A stretch of DNA of 64,000 nt from Eledone cirrhosa (taxonomy: Eukaryota): NCBI GenBank assembly GCA_964016885.1, contig OZ024742.1:67580001-67644000 (forward strand). The letters run 5' to 3'. Below, piece by piece: positions 13,294 to 28,174 of this stretch (its first letter is position 1; every line of letters begins with the position of its first letter). Under the pieces are notes generated by a model that was given only the letters and a program-made list of their open reading frames with translations, was not told the DNA's origin and made no database searches. A program made the position numbers and the translations under genes.

Positions 13294-13388
<95 letters not shown>

Positions 13389-13460
13389 TTAGAGTATACA
13401 CTCAAAGAGTCATTTACAATTAATTAGCTCAAAGAAAGAAGCATTTCCGAGCCGTGTAAT

Positions 13461-13852
13461 ACAAGTTAATATAAATTAATATATCCTGCGTTTGTGCTCG
13501 TAAACCAGACCGTCAGAATGTTTTCGAGGTGAAGTAACTTCATTTTTCTATGTACCTATTGATAAGCACAGAAAATTAATTATTTCGCTCTTATACCATC
13601 GTTTGCGAAACAGGATTTGGATTTTGAAGTTCAGATTGATCTGCGGAAAAGGTTCGAATTTTGAAATTTAAATTTGTCTAGGTACCACGGCTATTTGCCT
13701 ATATAAGTTTGTGTATATTGATTTATTATTTTTTAAATCGATACAGGCAGGCTATATTAATTTGAATTAGTTTGTTTCATTCTAGCTAAATTTTGTCTTT
13801 TACAATACAAACACTTTGGTGTTTATCATATATTAATTTATATTAACTTGTA
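13461..13852. repeat. Element with about 25-bp inverted ends within (TA)n
   Basis: tacaagttaatataaattaatatat / atatattaatttatattaacttgta. Confidence 0.6.
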
Positions 13853-14009
13853 TATATATATATATATATATACATATAATATAAATATATATATATATAT
13901 ATATATACATTTAAATATAAATATATATATATATACATATACATATAAATATATATATATATACATATACATATAAATATATATATATACATATACATAT
14001 AAATATAAT

Positions 14010-15999
14010 ACATAAGATCAAAAGATGGTTAAAAGAGTTCCATGCGCATTTCAAAAACAAATATCATCATGCGATGGCATTTGCGTTTTCGTCAGATAAA
14101 ATAGGGAGACATGATATGAAGGTTACAAAACACCTGTGAATAGTGCAGTTTTAAATCAACATATGAAAAGTAGTTTTACATTGATGTCTGATATTGGTAA
14201 AAAAATTGAGGGGGGGGGGATGAAAAAGAGGAGGAGATGAGATTAAAGAATGGAGGGGGAGGAGTATAATAAGGAAGGATGAGATAGGAGGAGAGATGGG
14301 TGATAGAGAGAGAGAGATAGCTTTTATAACTGAGAAAAATATATTGTTTTACAGAGAGAGGTTAAAAAACCGTTGGAAGATAATATATAAATTAAAAGAA
14401 TTTGAAAATTAACGAAGAGAAAAATTTAAGAATAATGTTAAATTAAGGTTTGTATATTGAAGGGTTTAATAATATGTGCGATCAAAAGAAATTGTTAATA
14501 TGTATTAAGAATAATATTAAGTTAAGGTTTGAATATTGAATGGTTTAATAATATGTGCGATGGAAAGAAATTGTTGATATGTATTATTTAAAAAAATATA
14601 AAAATAGTAATGTAATTAATGATATATTGTGAAAAGAAGTAGAAGAGCGGATGAATTAATATATGTAAATGGTTTGTTTACAAATGAGCGCAGAATGCAA
14701 AGAAGGAGATACTGTTTAAGGAGAAGACCTTAACATCAAATATATATGTTTATGAAGTATTTCCTAATGGTAATATTATAATTTAATAAAATAGATTAGT
14801 TAGGGTTTAAGTTTGATTTTATGTGTTGTGATGTGTAATATGTAGAAGTTAGATGAGCATGAAAGGGAGAAAAAATAATGAATTGAGGAATTAATAATCT
14901 AATGTAAAAAAAAATGTTTATGTTTACGAAGGATTTTTCAAGGTGATACTATAAAGTATTTAAAAGGGTAATAGTAAATTTTATGGCCAGTGATAGAATG
15001 GAAGAAGGAAGAGTGGATATATTGTGGTGAGTAATAATAAGAATTGAGAAGTATCTAGGAAGAAAAGGTACAGATTAGAGGTTAGAAATTAAAAGAAAAA
15101 AGAAAAAAAAGGAAGAAAGGGAAGTGATAAATAGGAGTGATATAGAATGAGTAACTAGTATTATATAATGTATAATAAATAACATTGAAATAAAGTAGAA
15201 AGATGGGTATATTTTTAAAGAAATATATATGTATATATGTGCCTTTGAGAAAAAGGATTTTAAATTGGTAAAGTATTAGATATTAGCTGTATACTTTAGG
15301 GAACGTTCTGTGGAATGTATGCAAGCAGAGAGAAAACAAGTCAGTGCGTCTATTTATTATAGAATCTAAATTAGATGTAATGGTAAATTTCTCACATAAA
15401 CAGAGATTACAGTATTGGATAGAGAGGCATTCAAGTATGGAGAAGCAGAACAAACCTTCCTCCAAGAGATGTTATAGTTAATATTTTTGTCTTTCAACGA
15501 CCATATGAGTTCTGAGAGTGCCGTCTTGGTTCTTTTAAGTTGGTATTTAAAAGACGAATGATGATTATAAAGACGAGCTTTAAACGATGTGGAAGTGGAG
15601 CCAAAATAGGTAAAGGAATTGGTGTCAGTTATAAATTTACATTCATAGATTAAGTTTTTTCAAGACAATGGTTGTTGAGAGGACATTTATTATTAACAGG
15701 GCAACTACAATTGCGATTAGAGAAATTAACAGAGTTATTAACAAGTGACCTAGTGTTATCTATAGAAGGAATTGGATTGGAGAAGTTATTTACGATAGGA
15801 ATAATAGTTTCTTGATTTAGATTGGGATTAAGAACATTTAACGAAGTTGCGTTTGAGGTTGTATTTGGGTTTGCAGAAATTAGCCTAGAGTTAACAATGA
15901 CGTCGGGAGTACTATTACTATTATTATGATATTCAGTGTTGGAAGGAAGAGATTTAGTATGCTATTACCGACGGTTTCGGAAACCGTCGGTAATAGCAT
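14010..15999 (-). mobile_element. 5'-truncated Penelope-like element (GIY-YIG remnant, long 3' region)
   Basis: Minus 15480-15722 reads NCSCPVNNKCPLNNHCL..IYECKF...TYFGSTSTSFKARL.NHHSSFK...TALSELIWSLK, frameshifted. Decayed HHR at 14037-14100. Perfect hairpin at the 5' junction. Confidence 0.8.
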
Positions 16000-16078
16000 T
16001 TTGGATAGGTAAATATTTAAATCACATTTTAATTAATTTAAAAGATTGTTAAATGTTTACTTGTTCCGCTCATCTCAA

Positions 16079-16809
16079 TCTATATACTACTAAAACTCTG
16101 ATCTTGCGTGCTTGCTTGCTTGTCTGTTATGTAATACAGCCAAAAGGGCGTATAATAGGTGAATACTTTGAAAGCAAGTTGCCTCTGAAATGGGAATACA
16201 AATTGAATAAAACAAGATTCGGGAAAATCTGACCCCGGGTTCCCGAGATTCGCGGGTTTTAGGGGTACCTTCGTAAATAGCCACAACGGTGCATACTGGG
16301 AAAATACCTCGAAATTAACATAACCCTGCAAAACTTCGTAAATAGCCAAAAGATTGCATAATGAGAAAATACTCTGAATAAAACAAGTTTGCCGTAAATC
16401 GCACATGGTCAATATTTTCAATTTTCCAAAAACAGCATGGAATTCATCTAAAGTCAATTTATCTTATTTTATAATGAATATCGAAAGAAATAATCCGTTT
16501 GTTTTTTGGTTGTCCATTCTGTAGGTAAGAGAGACAGAGAGGGGTTGAAGAGAAAGAGAGAGAGAGAGTGTGAAAGAGAGAAAGAGAAAGAGAGTGAGGG
16601 GTGAGAGAGAGAGGATTTCAGATAGGGAAAGAGACAGCGTCCTTAACTTTTATTTATTTTAACTCTCCTCCCATCCATAACGTTATTTCTTTCTCTCTCT
16701 CTTTCACAGTTATACTGCCACCGTGTTTATCTGTATGTGTATGTGTGCCAGTGCATGTGTTTACGTACTCAGAGTCATGTGTGTGTGTGTAACAGTACTT
16801 AAGTTAGAG

Positions 16810-16850
<41 letters not shown>

Positions 16851-19800
16851 GGGGGGGGGGATACCTTCGTAAACAGCCAAAACGGTGCATAATGGAGAAA
16901 TATCTCTGTAAGTGATATAACCCTGAAATGGGGATAAAACAGGTTTGACGTAAATCGACATAAAAATATTTCTCGAATGATGAAAATAGTTTAATAATTA
17001 TAAAAAAAAAAATGTTCAGTTCTTTCTCAGTGAATATGATTTCAAAACTACAAGTTGTTTGTACTTAAAGTATCTATATTCGAGCATTCTTTAAACAGGC
17101 GCTATTTTAATTATCAGAAAAGCATTAAGTGAATATCACTGAAAAATACCAGTTGGTGTTAAACAGTAGGTGTTTATATTTTTGCTTTTGTTAAAAAGAA
17201 TATTTCAACTATTTAGAAATATTTTAAAGTGAATTTGATTTCATAAATACCTTTATTTACATAAACAATATCTTCATTTTTTTAAAATTATTTTCAAGTG
17301 AATACGATGGAAAAAATATTTCTTGGCATATTCAAAAAATATTCTTTAGTGAAAATGACTTAAAAAATACAAATTATTTGTACACTGGGTATATATATTT
17401 CAGTTTTCTTTAAACATAATATTTTAATTATTAATAAGTATGTTTTAAGTGAATATAATTTGAAAAATACGAATTCTTTAAACAGACAATATTTTCCTTA
17501 TTTAGCAATATTTTTAAATGATGATTTAAAAAAAAAATATTTGTTGAGATAATAGGAATTCTTTCTAAGGTGAATACGATTTTCTATTCTTAAAATAATG
17601 CCTCGACGAGGAAGAAGGAAACCATCTGGTTGGTCTATCTATAGTAGAAAGAAAGCACAGCTACGGAGAGCCGAAGAAGGTGAGCAAGATAGTGGTCAAC
17701 GCCAACAAGATCAGGACAGGCATGCGAATAGAAGGATTGATGAGACTGATAAAGCAAGGGTTGTGCGTCTGGCGGAACAGAGGGAAAGAGACAGAAGCAG
17801 GAGAGATCACGAATCGGAAGGTCTGAGAGCTGAGCGTCAGGCGGAACAGAGGGAAAGAGACAGAATAAGGAGAGATCACGAATCGGACGCTCGGAGAACT
17901 GAACGTCTTTGCCAACAAACCATTAGGGATAAAACAAGGACAGTTCAACGACGTGACCTCTCTGCTGATGTTGGACAGATGAATAAGATCTGTGTCTGTT
18001 GTCATGCAATGTTTTTTCATGGTGAAACTGCTAACTTTTGTTGTATGAATGGAAAAGTCAGGTAGGGAAATCTGCAGCTTTTACACCAGGAACTTCACAG
18101 TTTATATAGTACTGATCAACCTAGGGCAAACGAGTTCAGGAAGAACCTCAGACAATACAACTGCCTGTTCCAAATGACATCTTTTGGGGCCGAAGAAGTT
18201 CGTTCCTCAAGGAGTGGATGGAATCCTTCTATCGTTATTCATGGTCAAATTCACAATTACATCGGTTCTTTAACCCCTAATCCCAACGAACAACCCCAAT
18301 TTCTTCAAATTTACTTCTTGGATCCTCAGGATAGTGTTGATAGCATTCAGCGCGACATAGTTGAATTATTGGAAATAATACTCAGACAACATAACCCTTA
18401 CGTTGCTTCATTTCGAATAGCAATAGAACAAATTAAAAATATTCCCAAAGCTTCGATTATTATTGATCCTGATAGGAGACCAGCAATGGAACATGTGAGA
18501 AGATTCAATGCACAAACTGCAAACGAATTAGTCGTTATTATACAAAACAGCACCGAACTTCAAGCAAAAGCACGGCACATTGTGTTGAAACTAAAAAGGC
18601 CGACAATTGCAAATAATCTCAGAGTCCCATCGGTCCTATGACAGTTTGCAGTATGTTCTATTTTTTCCTTTTAGCGATGACAGATGGCATCATGAGCTGT
18701 TAATGAGCAACAACAAGAAGTTGACGCCAATGCGCTACTATGCCTATCGAATAATGAACCATGGGAATGAATTCAACCAACTTCTCAGGGGGGTCCTTCA
18801 TTTCAGCAATATTTGGTTGACATGGATGGCTGCGAAGATTGAAGGAGATAGACTGCAATACATCCGAATGAATCAAACATCATTGCGATCTACATCATAC
18901 AAGGGCTTTACTGACGCATTGAATGATGATGACGATTTTCGTAATATTGGCAGGCAAATCATACTCTCTTCCACATTTGTCGGTTGACTGAGATATATGA
19001 TGGAGCGATGCCAGGATGTCATGATGTACATACGGAAGTACGGCAATGCTTCGTTCTTCATCACAATGACATACAATCCAAACTAACCTGAAATCCGGCA
19101 AAACCTATTCTTCAATCAGAAGCCACATGACAGGCCAGATTTAATTGCCAGAGTATTTGAACTGAAGCGGAAACTGTTAAGAAAGTATCTTGCTGGAGTA
19201 GAATGCTTATTTGGCAAGTGCATTGCTTACGTGCTGACAGTCTAATATCAAAAGCGAGGTATTCCTCGTGTGCACCGTTTGCTATGGCTCAATGAAGCCT
19301 CCAAGCCCAGACTGAGGAATATGATAAATTTGTTCAAGCCGAAATACTAGATCCAAACAAAGATCCAGAGGGTCATGAATCCACGGTCTGAATTGCTCTA
19401 ACAATTCGCCGTGTTGGAAAGATAGAACGTGCAGTAAGCGGTACCCTATGCCTTTCAATGAAAATACATTGTGTGGAGAGGACTCTTATCCTGTGTACAG
19501 AAGACGGTCTCCAGGAATGGGAGGATTTGAGGGGCACCAAGAAGAAAGGGGAAGCCGAAATATAACTTCGGAATGGGTGGTTCCCTACAATATGAAACTA
19601 TTAAAACTGTTCAACTGCCACCTAAACGTAGAGATGTACTCTTCCGTGAAATCGATCAAATACGTTATCAAATATACCATAAAGGGCAGTGATCAGGCAA
19701 TGTTTGGACTGAACAGAGAAGATGAGATAATACAGTATTTAACAGGAAGATATATCGGTCCTTCCGAAGCTCTTGCCTTGGTTATTTGGATTTCCAATTC

Positions 19801-22696
19801 ATGAGAGAGAACCGGCCGTAGTTCACCTTCAAGTTCATCTACCTGAGGAAAATCAAATCTTCTTTCGGGTCAATGCTGCTCTTAAAATAAACAATAACAT
19901 GGCTAAAACGACTCTGACTCAGTTCATGGATCTTTGCGATCGCGATCCATTTGCAAAAAACATTGTATTATGCCGATGTGCCAAAGTTTTGCACTTGGAG
20001 TAATAAGGGATGGGAAAGAAGAAAGGTGGGGAAAACAGTTGAGCAGGTTCCAGGGATTTTTGAGGCGAACGTTTTGGGACGAGTATACACTGTTTCTCCA
20101 CGAAGTGGTGACCTGCATTATTTAAGACTCCTTCTGCATCACGTCAAAGGACCAGTATCATTCAACTCTTTGAAAATGTGTGATTGGATAACTCCTGCCA
20201 TTATTCAAAGACGTCTGCAGAGAGAAAGGTTTGCTTCAATCGGATGATCATTGGCAGCAAACTCTGGAAGATGCTGAGCGAACAAGGCTTCCCAAAGCCA
20301 TGAGAGATCTATTCATCGTGCTCCTCACAAATACGGACATTTACAATTCCAGTGCTTTATGGGTTCGATTTAAGCATTTGTTGTCTGAGGATTACCTTTA
20401 AATAGAAAAAAGGGCTACCAGAAACTCTAACCTTTTGATTAGCGAGAGACATTATGTTCAATGTCTTCTGTATTTTGAAGACAAACTTAACGACCTGGGC
20501 AAGGCCAAATAATATTGTTGCTAATCAGGATATTGGCAATTTGGAGTTATTGCATGAATTGCAATACACCAGAGAAGAGCAGCGATGATTTGTAGAAGAG
20601 ACAGAGCATCTATTGAATAGTGAACAAAAACACGTGTATGACTTCGTTTGTGACAGTTTAGAGACGAACACATCTGCATTGATTTTCATTGACGCTCCAG
20701 GTGGAACAGGAAAGACATTCCTGATTAACTTAATTCTTTCAAAAGTCAGGGGAAACGGTGACGTGGCTATTGCTGTTGCGTCATCTGACATTGCCGCAAC
20801 ACTGATGCCTGGTGGAAGAACAGCGCATTCTAGGTTCAAAATACCGATAGTAGTGAAAGAAAGTGGTATGTGCACATTGATAAAAACTCAAAAACGGCAA
20901 ACCTCTTCCAGCATACAAGGCTGATTGATTGGGATAAGTGTCCTATGATTCGGAGGGAAAGCTTCGAAGCTGTGGACCTCACTCTGCGTGACATATGCGA
21001 CAACAATGAGGCATTCGGTGGAATTTTGACAATTTGCTGTGGCGATTTCCGTCATCTTCTTCCGGTATTGAAAAGGGGAAATGAAGCGGACGTGGAAAAC
21101 GCCTGCATTAAAACATCCTACTTATGGCGAAGCTTCAAAAGATTTCAATTGAAGACAAACATGCGATTGGGTGCGGGAGCAGGGGACTATTCACAGTTCC
21201 TATTGGATATTGGAGAAGATAAGATTAAAAAAACTGAAAATGAGGAAATTATTTTGCCAAAAGAAATGGTTCTCCAAGCAACAACTATGGAAGAATGTAT
21301 TGATTTCATATACCCCTCATTCGACAATCCAGCTGAAGTCTTTTCGAACAATTGCATCTTAATACCTCTCAATGAAATGATGAGAAGCATCAATTCCACC
21401 TGTATCAGACGCTTCCCTGGAAGCATAAAAGAGTCCGATCCTATAATTCTGTGAGTGATGGTGCCAATGCCACTCATTTTCCGACTGAATTCCTTGATTC
21501 AGTTGAACTATCAGGATCGCCAATAATTCTTATGAGAAACTTGAATCCTCCAAGGCTTTGTAATGGAACTCTCATGATCGTCGAAGAACTGCAGGACAAT
21601 CTCATAGTAGCAATAATCAACACTGCTGCTTTCAGAAATGAGATCGTTATGATACCTATAATAAGAATTAATCTATCCGAAGGTGAGGATATCCCTTTGC
21701 AGCGAAGCCAATTCCCAGTTCAATCGTGCTTCGCTATGACTATTCACAAGGACAAACTATGAAAAACGTCTTGGTTTATCTGGAACGACCTGTGTTCCAA
21801 CACGGTCAACTGTATGTAGCCGCGGAAAACGAAAAGAAAATGTCAGAGTGTTTCTGAAGGATACCCTGTCATTCTTTTGAACAAACTGTAACAGCGTAAA
21901 TATGAGAGAAAGTCGATTCCGACATCAGAAAATGAAAGGAAAGGGAAAAACTAAGACAAGTAAGAATAATTTCTTTCAAATTTTTGTAAATAAAACCAGT
22001 TTTTCATTAATATTGCAACTTTTTAAGCAGAAAAATCTTTTAGAACAAACAGTCAAGCATCCATAGAGATATAGAAAAAATAATTTTGAAGTGGAGTGAT
22101 TGGATAGCTATTAGTGAAAAATGATTTGATATTTTCTTTGTGAAAATAGTTGTGAATAATACAGTGAAAAGACAAGTTTCGCGTAAATCGGACAGCGGGT
22201 TCCCGAGATACGCGGGTCTTTTCGGGTACCTTTATAAATAACCAAATCAGGGCAAAATGGGAAAATTCCTTGAAAGTAAGGTACCATTCAAATGTGAATA
22301 CAATTGCAGATAATGGTTGAGAGAGAGAGGGAGGGTGAGAGCTGTTGGTGTTGTTGAATGAAATTATGACAGGTGACTTCAAAGAATCAAATACAGCATT
22401 ACTGTATCTAGCTGGAATTTGGTGACTGAATATTAAGTTATATGTATCTTATAACTTATGTTAGGACAGGATGTATGTGTATGTGTGTGTGTCTGTAACC
22501 AGTGTATATAGGCCACAGACACAAACACACACATATATATATATATATATATACACGTACATATACACACACACATACACGTTTATATATATTGGCTTTC
22601 CAATGTCATTTTACATTATAGACATTTTGTGTATATTTTAATTATTTAAACATTATTTTTAAGTGAACATGAGACAACGGGTCACGGGTGGTCTAG
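16079..22696 (+). mobile_element. Full-length decayed autonomous Helitron
   Basis: 5' a|TCTATATACTACTAAAA, 3' gtcacgggtggtCTAG|t, internal RepHel remnants, and related about 100-bp repeats near both ends. Confidence 0.9.
17598..21860 (+). pseudogene. Helitron Rep/PIF1-helicase (RepHel) pseudogene
   Basis: Charged N-terminal repeats, C-x2-C...CC-x2-G zinc motif, FFITMTYNP, degenerate HUH YQKRGIPRVH, SIKYVIKY, Walker A DAPGGTGKT, GGRTAHSRFKIP, GDFRHLLPV, RLCNGT, QFPV..CFAMTIHK, HGQLYVA. Many stops and frameshifts. Confidence 0.95.
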
Positions 22697-22819
22697 TGTT
22701 ATATAAAAAATATATATACATATACATATATATATATAAATATATTAATATATATATATACATATATATATATATAAATATATATATATACATATATAAA
22801 TATATATATATATATATAT

Positions 22820-23839
22820 ACATAAAATATATATAGGTTTACATATACATAAACTAGACGAGAGATAGATAGATATATATATGTGTATTTGGCAACCATT
22901 CACACTGTGGCTCAATGACGAATTAATTAATTAAATAATCAACAATCAGAGCAATATATAAGAGAGTAAGTCCATAGAATCATTTGATAAAATATATACA
23001 GTATTTCTCCTCCCAATCAGCATAATTAACCACACAAAAAAATCAATTAAACGAGGCAATAAGTTTAAAATGTACCTATGAAGAAACAATACGTAAATAA
23101 ATGATAGCTATTTTATCCAGGATCAACAGCCACAGAAGATTTACCCAGTATTTCTAATAGCCCGTAGAAATTGACTAGACATATAGTCAACCATACACAA
23201 TTAGGTACTAAATCAAAGTTAGAAGAAAAAATGTACATAAACATACCAAAATTGTTTCTACTCCCAGAGGTTTCATTCGCTTTTTAGAAATATCCGATCA
23301 TGGATAAATTCACGAGTTTCGAAATCATCAGGAAACAAACTCAATTGGACAAAGATTTTTTAAAGTGATCCCCGCCAGAAACGAATTCAAAATAGCTAAT
23401 TTGTCACATGGCCAGTGGTCAAGTCAGAAAGCTTGTGATCGGTGCCTGACGGCGAGTAGGCTAGTTGCTAGAAAGCCCTGCCAAATACTGCCTAAAGAGT
23501 TATTCAACCATACGGGTGTATATAAAATATATATAGGTTTACATATACATAAACTAGACAGAGCCATAGATATATATATATGTGGATTTGGCAACCATTC
23601 GGGGTGTAGCTCAATTTCTACGGGCTATTAGAAATATTGGGTAAATCTTCCGTGGCTGTTGATTGCTGATAAAGTAGCTATCATTTATTTATCTATTATC
23701 ATTTATTTATCTATTATCTTCATAGGTACATTTTAAACTTATAGCCTCGTTTAATTGATTTTTTGTGTGGTTAATTATGCTGATTGGGGGGAGAAATACT
23801 GTATATATTTTATCAAATGATTCTATGGACTTACTCTCT

Positions 23840-23845
<6 letters not shown>
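22820..23845 (-). mobile_element. Non-coding HHR element: about 700-nt monomer with terminal redundancy plus inverted partial copy
   Basis: 22820-22900 repeats at 23520-23600; 22955-23178 is inverted at 23608-23845; flanked by (TA)n. Confidence 0.8.
23252..23338 (-). ncRNA. Type I hammerhead ribozyme motif, family D
   Basis: ttgtttc CTGATGA t ttcg...cgaa t GAAAC ctctggga GTA gaaacaa. 7-bp stem I; inner hairpin in stem II. Confidence 0.85.
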
Positions 23846-24626
<781 letters not shown>

Positions 24627-24658
24627 TACACAAATAAATTATTTTCAAATCATTTAAT

Positions 24659-24705
24659 TGCTGACAATTGTTTCTTCCAAACTTTCTTTTGGAGTCATCG
24701 GAGCA
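24659..24705 (-). ncRNA. Hammerhead motif, family A
   Basis: tgct CCGATGA c tccaaa agaaag tttgga a GAAAC aatt GTC agca. Confidence 0.8.
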
Positions 24706-25885
24706 TTATCAATGTTTGTACATATTATTAACCTCCTATTCAACTGAACAATCATAATAGAACAATCATATAACTATTAGAATTAAACATATAGTTACCA
24801 TCTTTTAATATAACTACTTTAGATTACATATATATCTGTTACTGTATATATTATAAGTAGAGACACTAAATGTAATATGTGTTAATGATTTATATATACA
24901 TTTATAATTAAATATATAAATTAATAGCATGGTATATAAATGATTAAATTATTAACATAACGGATTTAACTAATTGGACACGTAAACAGCTATACATTGT
25001 TCCATAACTTATATCTTGTCTAGTAATGGATAGATAACAATCTAATGAAACGTTTAATATATTATGGGAGAATAGACTGTACTTAAAATTAAATATAAAT
25101 ATATAACATTATGTAAATAGGATTCAATTGTGTCACTATATAATGTCTATTAGAGCAAATAATTTAAATAGTTTAATTTAATGAGCTAGTTACCTCCCCT
25201 TACGGATTAGCTCCCCTTAATTTTGGATCTCATTTTCACTTCCAGAAATGAAACCGTTAGAAAATCGCACTGTAGAAAATCTCACTCTAGAACAACTCTA
25301 ATCCATGAATAAGAATACAATAAAACCAATTTACAATCCATTGCTGTAACTAACTAAAAATATTCAATACAAACATTAACTGAAATATAATTTAACATAT
25401 GTAATGGATGGTAAATCAATAACTTTCATATTCTCAACACATACAAATTTGATCTCTACAGAAACTATCATCGCATTACATCCTCAATAACTTTAATACA
25501 CTAACATATTTGTTTAAAGTGCTTGTATGTTATGTAATACCTTGCCATACAGTATTTATATATGCCTAATACCGTTGATTGTTTCCTTCTCATATATATG
25601 ACTAACGCATGTGCACTCTCTACACGTTTGAATATGAACTGCTAGTGTCTTTATTCTTTCTGAATGACTCTTTAATTATTAGACTATTCTATTGTATTAT
25701 CTGTTTCATGTATTCCACTCAGTGCTTTTAAATTTAATTTTAATTTTTTTACAATTCTCATATAACATATGTCGCATACATTACACCCTGTAAATACTAA
25801 ACTGTTGTTCACAACATCAATATATATGTATCTATATGATTGTTCAGTTGAATAGGAAGGTACTTATATGTACAAACATTGATAA

Positions 25886-25931
25886 TGCTGCGATGACTCC
25901 AAAAGAAATGTGGAAGAAACAATTGTCAGCA
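25886..25931 (+). ncRNA. Hammerhead motif, family A (C3 mutated)
   Basis: tgct GCGATGA c tccaaaagaaatgtgga a GAAAC aatt GTC agca. Confidence 0.65.
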
Positions 25932-26668
25932 ATTAAATAATTTGAACATAAATTTGATATTTGTGTAATTTATAATTTATATTCCTACTCTGTAAAACAC
26001 CGGATATTCTTACATTGCGCTATTTCCCTTACTGGTGATAAATTACTGACCTTTCCTGTTTATAGTATATACATAACTATAAATAATATACATAACTATA
26101 AATAATATACGTAACTACAAATAATAAGAGTGAGAAATGAAATTTCGTTTCATTCTATTACATTTATAAATATATATATATATATAAATCACAGGAGATA
26201 ATTTTTACAAGTGTGTAACCACACATAGCTAGGTAGGTAACTAAATAAAGTTGACCAGAACTTCAAAAATAGATACCTTATAATATGATTAATCTTCCCT
26301 GTATATATTATATTCCATTAAAGAAATATATTTCACCAATTAATCAGATGGTAAACCCCAGAAGTGGAGGTTTAGTTAACTAAAACAATAGCGTAAGGTC
26401 TTCGAAATGCTTTTAATTAAGCATACAGTGTATTGAAAAATGCACTATATATACATTTATATATATTTATATATATATATATATTTAATACATTAACAGA
26501 GAAAGCTTTAAGCGATGCTCTGACCAACTCCATCTCACTCGAAAAACATTAGGCTATACCTCAGTATAATCCCAATTATGTGTTTGGGGTGCTAACTATA
26601 TAGTATTCCGTGGATAATTGGTTGTATTATTTTATATGAGACATAATTAAATAAATCTCTCTTTCTTT

Positions 26669-26709
<41 letters not shown>

Positions 26710-26746
26710 TTACTCGTTGTAACCCAACAATTTAAAATAAATTTTT

Positions 26747-26789
<43 letters not shown>

Positions 26790-26965
26790 CAATTAAGTTA
26801 TACAAAAGTCATACAAAAGTGAGTTAGAAGGGAAACAAAATTTAATTTCGTTTCGTTATTTGTTTTTATATATATATATATATATATATTAAAGTAACAG
26901 ATTAAGTTTATATATATATATACATGAGTTGGCGTAGACATACAGTATAACAGGAGGAAACATAA

Positions 26966-27013
26966 TAGCACCACTGACGATGTTGCAGACGTGTTAACGA
27001 AAGAACTTTGTTA
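26966..27013 (+). ncRNA. Hammerhead motif, family E
   Basis: tagcacca CTGACGA tgttgcagacgtgttaac GAAAG aa CTT tgtta. Confidence 0.55.
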
Positions 27014-27352
27014 GACTATATATATGTGTTTGTGTCTATATTATATCTGTATATTTGACCGTTGGTCAGTCAATGGTAAACATTGAGGACCGAATAAATT
27101 AACTGATATAAAAGATACAGAAGCGAAAACCAACCAAACAGTGAGTGTGTTCGGTTATTAATTGTTCGGTTATTATATATATTTATATTTATATATATAT
27201 ATTGTTATACTTTGGGAGGGTCATGTTGCCAATAAGAAACACACGCACCAGTTGCTTTCACTTCAATTTATTATAATAAATTTATAAATTTAAGAATTTA
27301 TAAATTTCTGGTTGGTTGGTTGGTTCCACAAACAGATAGTTGTTTATATATT

Positions 27353-27395
27353 GTCAAAGTTCTTTCGTCACACATTATGTGACCTCTTCAGTGAC
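27353..27395 (-). ncRNA. Hammerhead motif, family E
   Basis: gtca CTGAAGA g gtcac ataatgt gtgac GAAAG aa CTT tgac. Confidence 0.75.
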
Positions 27396-28174
27396 TGGGG
27401 ATTCTTTTCTTTGTTTTTGTGCCTCTCCTTTGTTCTGTCCTACGTTTCTCATATATATATATTCATTACTTAAGCAAAACAAGACCACGCATTTCACAAG
27501 GAAGACATTATTAAAAGATTGTCAACATATTTTAGTTTGATGTAAGGAATGTAGAGAATAATAATAAAAATATTAATACTAATAGTGTTCGTTTACAATT
27601 GTTTCGCTACTCCATATAATATTTCTGGATCAGATGACTATATATCATTATTGATCTGGTTCAGTTGAAAATAATCAACATATTTAAAAACAGAGCGTCT
27701 CATCGGAACTTCAAAGGAATATAAATTAAAATAAGGAGAGAATGTTACATAATGTAATGTTCCATATATTGGTATTTGACTATGGTGTCCTGGTTTTATC
27801 AATTGTCAGCCATAATCCAGCAGTATTCATCTGTCGAGGCTGCATTGTGTGAGATCTGCCTATGGGTAACAAGATGGCCGCCAAAGGACATATTTACCTT
27901 ACTAATTAGAGGATGGTTTCAGGGGAAGAAACTCCTCGAGAGATTACAAATTGTGGGTAGTTTATAGTTAAGTGCTAATTTTTTAATTTTTTAATTGAGA
28001 GACAATGTAGGGGAGGTAACTTATAATTATCTAAGTTAGTTATAGCTATTTAACTTATTAGCTACAAGTAAAAATGGGGCTAGATGACTATGTTGGGTCA
28101 AATATTCTATTGGCGAAGGAATTAGCTCTTCGATGTTGACAGCTAATAGTTACCTCCGTTCTATCGTTAATTGT

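Larger units (their letters stand above)
24635..26120 (+). mobile_element. Second copy of the 9180-11425 Penelope family (3' region only) with short inverted 5' copy
   Basis: 25190-26090 is the reverse complement of 9185-10095; 24640-24755 is an inversion of 25835-25945. Confidence 0.85.
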
